Positions 59,432-64,000 of a DNA stretch of 64,000 nt are shown piece after piece (position 1 is the first letter of the stretch; each line of letters begins with the position of its first letter). Position numbers and translations under genes: made by a program. The DNA is from Guptibacillus hwajinpoensis (GTDB taxonomy: Bacteria > Bacillota > Bacilli > Bacillales > Bacillaceae_O). The DNA is taken from the NCBI GenBank assembly GCA_016841765.1, contig JAENYN010000020.1, positions 3,655 to 67,654 of the forward strand. Direction: 5' to 3'. The notes beneath the pieces were generated by a model. The model had not been told where the DNA came from. It ran no database searches and saw nothing but the letters and a program-made list of their open reading frames with translations.

Positions 59432-60202
59432 GTGAAGGTGCACCTTCTTTTGAAAAAAGAAGAGATCGATGAAGAAAAAATGAAAGAAAACAAGGTCGCA
59501 GTCGTATTCGATGTGTTGCTTGCCACCTCAACGATTGCTTCAGCACTTCAATATGGGGCGGCTGAGGTGATACCCGTCCTGGACGGGTATGAAGCGAAAG
59601 CGGAGGCGGCACACAGGCCGGCAGATGATTATTTGCTTGTCGGGGAATATGAAGGGCTGACGATTGAAGGGTTCCTATCGCCTAATCCTCTTTCCTTAAA
59701 AGGTGAAGTTCCCGGAAAGTCTGTCATACTCTCGACAACAAACGGGACAATTGCAATAAAAAAATCTGCAAATGCCACAAGGGTGTATGCCGCATCACTC
59801 CTAAACAGCAGTGCGGTGGCGGGCCAGCTGGCCAAAGCGTGCAAAGATGAAACAATCATATTGGTCTGTGCGGGTTCCTCTGGAAACTTCAATATGGAGG
59901 ACTTCTATGGAGCCGGTTATTTCATTGATTGCCTGCTTCAACAAGGTGAGGCAGAACTTGAGTTAACAGATCCCGCGATGGCGGCCCATCTGTTTTACAA
60001 AGGAAACCGGGAAGATGGGCCCCGGATCCTGAAGAATTCGCGAGTAGGGCGCATGCTGGCTGATTATGGTTTTGAGACAGAGATTGATTATGTGGCAATC
60101 CACAGTTCACATGATGCCGTACCAATGCTTGAAGACAGGGTGAGACTCGTCAATCAGAAGCCGTTAAAAGCGGGAAGCAGTGAATCGAAAGTATCAAGAT
60201 AA
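59432..60202 (+). CDS. 2-phosphosulfolactate phosphatase family protein (ComB-like)
   Basis: VKVHLLLKKEEI...VAVVFDVLLATSTIASAL is typical of the ComB family. GTG 59432 follows ggggtg. The track ORF starts at 59423. Confidence 0.8.
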   Translation: MKVHLLLKKEEIDEEKMKENKVAVVFDVLLATSTIASALQYGAAEVIPVLDGYEAKAEAAHRPADDYLLVGEYEGLTIEGFLSPNPLSLKGEVPGKSVILSTTNGTIAIKKSANATRVYAASLLNSSAVAGQLAKACKDETIILVCAGSSGNFNMEDFYGAGYFIDCLLQQGEAELELTDPAMAAHLFYKGNREDGPRILKNSRVGRMLADYGFETEIDYVAIHSSHDAVPMLEDRVRLVNQKPLKAGSSESKVSR

Positions 60203-60234
60203 ACCAAATGGATGAGTATTGAAGGAGGTATAAA

Positions 60235-61023
60235 ATGATTGAAACGGGTTCAAAACACTTGCTTGTAAATGTTGAGAAAAATGTCATGCATGCCACATTG
60301 AATAGGCCTGATTCCCTTAATGCCTTCAGTCCGGAAATGATATCCGGACTGAAAGCAGCCGTACAAAAAGCGAAGGAAGATGAAGGCATCCGTGTGCTTG
60401 TCATTTCAGGTGCCGGCCGTTCCTTCAGCGCAGGCGGAGATGTCAAAACGATGGGCGAAGCGGAACCGACACAAGTATATGACCATATCGGAAAACTGAA
60501 TGAACTGGTCCTTGCGATGAGAGACCTGGAAAAACCGATCATCAGCGCTGTGCACGGTTTTGCAGCCGGAGCAGGCTTTAACCTTGCGCTTGCAAGTGAT
60601 TTGATTCTGGCTGCAGAAGGGAGCAGCTTCGTATTGAGCTTTTCGAGGGTGGGTCTCATATCTGACGGCGGAGGCCTGTATTTTCTGCCGCGCCTTGTCG
60701 GCCCATACCTTGCAAAAGAACTGTTATTCAGTGCGGAACCAATCAATGCAGAAAAAGCGCAAACGCTCGGTATCGTGAACCAGGTTTACCCGGCTGATAC
60801 GTTCCGCGAGCAAGTGACCGCTTATGCCGGCAAACTTGCGGAAGGCCCGTCAAAAGCTTATGGCTTCATGAAGAAGATAGCCGACCGGTCCCTAACATCA
60901 ACATTGGATGAGGTTTTAGAGTTAGAGCGGATTACACAGGCGACAGTGGTCACAACCGACGATCATCAGGAAGGTGTCAATGCGTTCAAAGAAAAGCGCG
61001 AGCCCGCATTCAAAGGGAAATAA
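60235..61023 (+). CDS. Enoyl-CoA hydratase/isomerase family protein
   Basis: 262 aa crotonase fold. VLVISGAGRSFSAGGDVK and ISAVHGFAAGAGFNLALASD. Confidence 0.92.
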   Translation: MIETGSKHLLVNVEKNVMHATLNRPDSLNAFSPEMISGLKAAVQKAKEDEGIRVLVISGAGRSFSAGGDVKTMGEAEPTQVYDHIGKLNELVLAMRDLEKPIISAVHGFAAGAGFNLALASDLILAAEGSSFVLSFSRVGLISDGGGLYFLPRLVGPYLAKELLFSAEPINAEKAQTLGIVNQVYPADTFREQVTAYAGKLAEGPSKAYGFMKKIADRSLTSTLDEVLELERITQATVVTTDDHQEGVNAFKEKREPAFKGK

Positions 61024-61036
61024 TCTAGGAACAGCT

Positions 61037-61066
61037 AAAGCCCCGGTTTTTTCCGGGGCTTTTTAT
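61037..61066 (+). terminator. Intrinsic terminator after the enoyl-CoA hydratase gene
   Basis: Stem agccccgg/ccggggct followed by tttt. Confidence 0.8.
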
Positions 61067-61164
61067 ATGGTGACTATAAGTCAGACAGGGTAAAAATCTG
61101 TTAAAATACAGGATTTCGGATGCTACTTATCCGGATGGCACCTGGCAATAAGATATACCCCAAA

Positions 61165-61188
61165 TAAAAAAGCCGGCAGGCCGGCAGG
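61165..61188 (-). terminator. Terminator after the 60-aa membrane protein gene
   Basis: Minus strand reads gccgg-cctg-ccggc followed by tttttt. Confidence 0.55.
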
Positions 61189-61204
61189 AAGATTATTCGA
61201 CGCG

Positions 61205-61387
61205 CTAAAACAGCCAATTTGCGACTTCTTCCAGCGAAAAGAAAAACGCCACAACACCGACCAGGATGGAAAAAGGCACGACGAATTCCGGTGCAAGGAC
61301 AACATCAGATATAGACTTGATATTCTGCCTGCGGACAGCGGCCTGTTTATCACTTTTGAATTTTTCGAGTGAAATTACTTTTTCCAT
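61205..61387 (-). CDS. Small single-TM membrane protein (60 aa)
   Basis: Strong SD (gaacggaggaaatcagtATG). Charged N-terminal half, one C-terminal TM segment. I recognise no family. Confidence 0.6.
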   Translation of the reverse strand: MEKVISLEKFKSDKQAAVRRQNIKSISDVVLAPEFVVPFSILVGVVAFFFSLEEVANWLF

Positions 61388-61661
61388 ACTGATTTCCTCC
61401 GTTCTTTTAACACAATTATATCAAAAATGTCACAGAATGTTCAAAATTTATTTAGCCCGGACACTTTTTCCTATATATTCAAAGCATGGTAATCTTAACG
61501 AGAGCCTGTTTGGTCTTTTCTCCCCGACAGCTTCGCTAAAATATGGACACACAGCAACCATGGACAAAACAGCTCCATCACAGCAGAAAAAAATCAATTT
61601 CATGTTAAAGTAATGCATTAAAGGGGATTTTAATTGTGAGTATGTATAAGGGAGGCTAACT

Positions 61662-63746
61662 ATGAAGCAAGAGAATAACAGGCGGGGGAATCACCTTGTC
61701 AACGAAAAGTCACCGTATCTGCTCCAGCATGCCTATAATCCGGTCGACTGGTATCCGTGGGGTGAGGAAGCGTTTGAAAAAGCCAGACGAGAAGACAAGC
61801 CGGTGCTCGTGTCAATCGGTTATTCGACATGCCACTGGTGCCATGTCATGGCTCATGAATCCTTTGAAGACGAACGGGTGGCACAGCTTTTGAATGACCG
61901 CTTCGTTTCCATCAAAGTGGACCGTGAAGAACGGCCGGATGTCGATTCAATTTATATGAAGGTGTGCCAGATGCTGACGGGCCAGGGCGGATGGCCGCTG
62001 AACGTTTTTTTGACACCTGAAGGGAAGCCGTTTTATGCCGGCACCTATTTTCCGAAAGAGAGCAAGTATGGCCGCCCGGGTTTTGTCGATGCCATTGTGC
62101 AGCTCTATGATCAATACAAGCAGGATTCGGAAAAGATCACAAAGATATCGAATGACATCACAAAAGCATTGAACGAGGCAGCCAAAACCGGCGGCGGTGA
62201 AAAGCTGCCGTTCACCGTGGTGGATGAGGCATTCAAAAACCTGGGAAGCACGTTCGATACTGATTATGGCGGGTTTGGCAAGCCGCCCAAGTTCCCGACT
62301 CCGCATATGCTGACGTTCCTGATGCACTACTACAGGCAAACCGGCAAAAAGTTCGCTTACAAATTTGCCGAAAAGACGCTGGACGGGATGGCGGACGGCG
62401 GCATGCATGACCATATCGGCGGCGGTTTTGCCCGTTATTCGACCGATGAGATGTGGCTTGTCCCCCATTTTGAAAAAATGCTGTACGATAACGCGCTTTT
62501 GCTTCATGCCTATGCAGCCGCCTACCAGCTGAACAAAAATCCGCGCTACTGGAAAGTCGCATCTGCCATTGCTGATTTTGTGAAACGGGAGATGACGGAT
62601 GAGAACGGCGCGTTTTTCTCGGCACTGGACGCCGATTCGGAAGGGGTTGAAGGCAAGTATTACATTTGGAGCCCTGCCGAAGTAAAAGAAGTCCTTGGTG
62701 AGGAAATGGGCGATCTTATCTGCCGGGTTTACGGCATGACAGGGGAACCGGACTTTGAGGGCAAATACATCCCCAATCTGATCGGCCGTTCGCTGCCTGA
62801 GATGGCCAGGGAGGAAGGCTACAGCCTGCGGGAGTTCGGGCAGGCCCTCGAAACTGCCAACGGAGAGCTTCTGAGGGCGAGGGAACAGCGAATTTATCCC
62901 CACCTTGACGACAAAATTCTCACGAGCTGGAATGCGCTCATGGTTGCAGCGCTCGCACGTGCCGGCAAAGTGTTCGGGAATGATGATTATGTGCAAATGG
63001 CAGAGCGTTCCTATCGTTTCATCACCGGCAAATTGTCTGAGCAGGGCCGGCTCATGGCAAGATACCGGGATGGAGAAGTAAAACATACCGGATATATCGA
63101 TGACTACGCATACTTCCTGGAAGCGTGCCTTGAATTGTATGGAGCCACGTTCAATCAGGATTATTTGCTTGCGGCGAGACGGACTGCAGACGGTATGATC
63201 AGCCTGTTCTGGGATACAGAGGGAGGCGGTTTCTTCTTTACAGGGAATGACAGTGAAAAACTCATTTCACGCCAGAAGGAAGTGTATGATGGGGCAACGC
63301 CGTCCGGCAATTCAACCGCATTCACATCGTTTATCCGGCTGGCTTCGCTTACAGGGGAACAAACATATATGGAACGGGCCGAAGATATGCGCAAAGCATT
63401 CAAAGAAGAGATCGAGACTCACCCACAGGGCTATACGAAGTTCCTCGAGGGCATGCTGCTGATGGGCGGCAGCCGCAAGGAAATTGTCGTGCTCGGCGAT
63501 TCCTCTTCGGCCGATTATCGCAGCTTCCTTTCTGAACTGAACAAAATGTATCTGCCTGATGTCACCATACTCGCGGAGCAGGACGGAAGTGAATTGGAAG
63601 AGGCGGCTCCATTTGCCGCCGGTTATCAAATGCAAGAAGGAAAGACAACTGTATACGTATGCCGTAACTTCGCGTGTGACAGGCCGACAACGGACCTTGA
63701 CAGCGTGATTGCCGGATTGAAGAGTGAATATGGAGAAGCGGAGTGA
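61662..63746 (+). CDS. Thioredoxin-domain protein (DUF255; YyaL-like, with a six-hairpin glycosidase-like C-domain)
   Basis: 694 aa. The N-terminus [22 protein letters not shown]...[18 protein letters not shown] is the DUF255 signature. Confidence 0.9.
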   Translation: MKQENNRRGNHLVNEKSPYLLQHAYNPVDWYPWGEEAFEKARREDKPVLVSIGYSTCHWCHVMAHESFEDERVAQLLNDRFVSIKVDREERPDVDSIYMKVCQMLTGQGGWPLNVFLTPEGKPFYAGTYFPKESKYGRPGFVDAIVQLYDQYKQDSEKITKISNDITKALNEAAKTGGGEKLPFTVVDEAFKNLGSTFDTDYGGFGKPPKFPTPHMLTFLMHYYRQTGKKFAYKFAEKTLDGMADGGMHDHIGGGFARYSTDEMWLVPHFEKMLYDNALLLHAYAAAYQLNKNPRYWKVASAIADFVKREMTDENGAFFSALDADSEGVEGKYYIWSPAEVKEVLGEEMGDLICRVYGMTGEPDFEGKYIPNLIGRSLPEMAREEGYSLREFGQALETANGELLRAREQRIYPHLDDKILTSWNALMVAALARAGKVFGNDDYVQMAERSYRFITGKLSEQGRLMARYRDGEVKHTGYIDDYAYFLEACLELYGATFNQDYLLAARRTADGMISLFWDTEGGGFFFTGNDSEKLISRQKEVYDGATPSGNSTAFTSFIRLASLTGEQTYMERAEDMRKAFKEEIETHPQGYTKFLEGMLLMGGSRKEIVVLGDSSSADYRSFLSELNKMYLPDVTILAEQDGSELEEAAPFAAGYQMQEGKTTVYVCRNFACDRPTTDLDSVIAGLKSEYGEAE

Positions 63747-63765
63747 TTTCCGCTTCTTTTTCTTG
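63734..63765 (+). terminator. Intrinsic terminator overlapping the DUF255 gene stop
   Basis: Stem agaagcgg/ccgcttct followed by ttttctt. Confidence 0.8.
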
Positions 63766-63842
63766 TGGCGGGCAACCAGGTCTTAAAACAGAGAGGTCAA
63801 CTGCAGTTGAAATACATTCAAGGGCAGGTAGGTTATTTTGGA

Positions 63843-64000
63843 TTCACCTTTCACGCCAAATAACCAGCCTACCACGCGCAACCACTCCGGTTTCACGCCA
63901 ACCACCTGAACATTCACGCCAAAACTACTGCTTTTCACGCCAAACGGCCGGTTTCGCGCCATACACCGGTCTAATCACGCCGGCTGTTTCATGGAACTGA
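63843..64000. repeat. Iteron-like tandem array, at least 7 units of 21 bp, truncated by the window end
   Basis: The core (t)TCACGCCAA recurs with cacgcc at 63852, 63873, 63894, 63915, 63936, 63955 and 63976 (periods 21, 21, 21, 21, 19, 21). The 11-12 nt between cores are variable. Confidence 0.85.

Noticed and set aside
61947-63086. 379-aa ORF on the minus strand
   Set aside because: It lies entirely antisense within the confidently identified DUF255/thioredoxin-domain gene. It has no SD, an arginine/histidine-rich shadow-frame composition and no recognisable family.

Overview
The window is a Bacillaceae (Bacillus sensu lato, endospore-former) chromosomal core segment. By my recall of B. subtilis 168 it is almost perfectly colinear with the region fni, yphA/yphB, der, gpsA, yphE/yphF, spoIVA, hbs, folE, mtrB, hepS, menG, hepT, ndk, cheR, aroC-aroB-aroH, hisC-tyrA-aroA, ypiA/B/F, qcrABC, ypjA-D, dapB, mgsA, bshA, cca, birA, panBCD, dinG, ypmA/B, aspB, asnS, dnaD, nth, ypoC, ponA-recU, yppC/E/G. 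This is followed by a less conserved tail: an MFS transporter, a ComB-like phosphatase, an enoyl-CoA hydratase and a DUF255 thioredoxin-domain protein. About 69 protein genes are supportable, nearly all on the + strand. I see no rRNA, tRNA, CRISPR array, transposase, integrase, phage gene or recognisable defence or toxin module, so I cannot honestly point to a clear novel multi-gene system. Synteny differs from B. subtilis in three ways. The trp operon is absent between aroH and hisC although TRAP (mtrB) is present. bshB1 is absent between mgsA and bshA. Extra ORFs are inserted: a degenerate amidohydrolase-like gene after aroA, a degenerate MBL-fold gene after dinG, a YugP-type Zn peptidase and a RacA-like HTH/coiled-coil gene. 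The unexplained signal is mostly non-coding:
- Three intergenic tandem arrays: two with a 51-bp period and one 21-bp iteron-like array that runs off the 3' end.
- Two families of dispersed about 90-100 bp repeats, one carrying a terminator hairpin.
- A MITE-like about 305-bp element between panD and dinG.
- An AT-rich islet with an orphan 90-aa ORF.
- A 430-bp gap without a credible ORF.
- Four small ORFs below the 60-aa cutoff of the ORF track, three with forespore-type promoter matches.
All homology calls come from reading the translations and recalling families. No database search was run.
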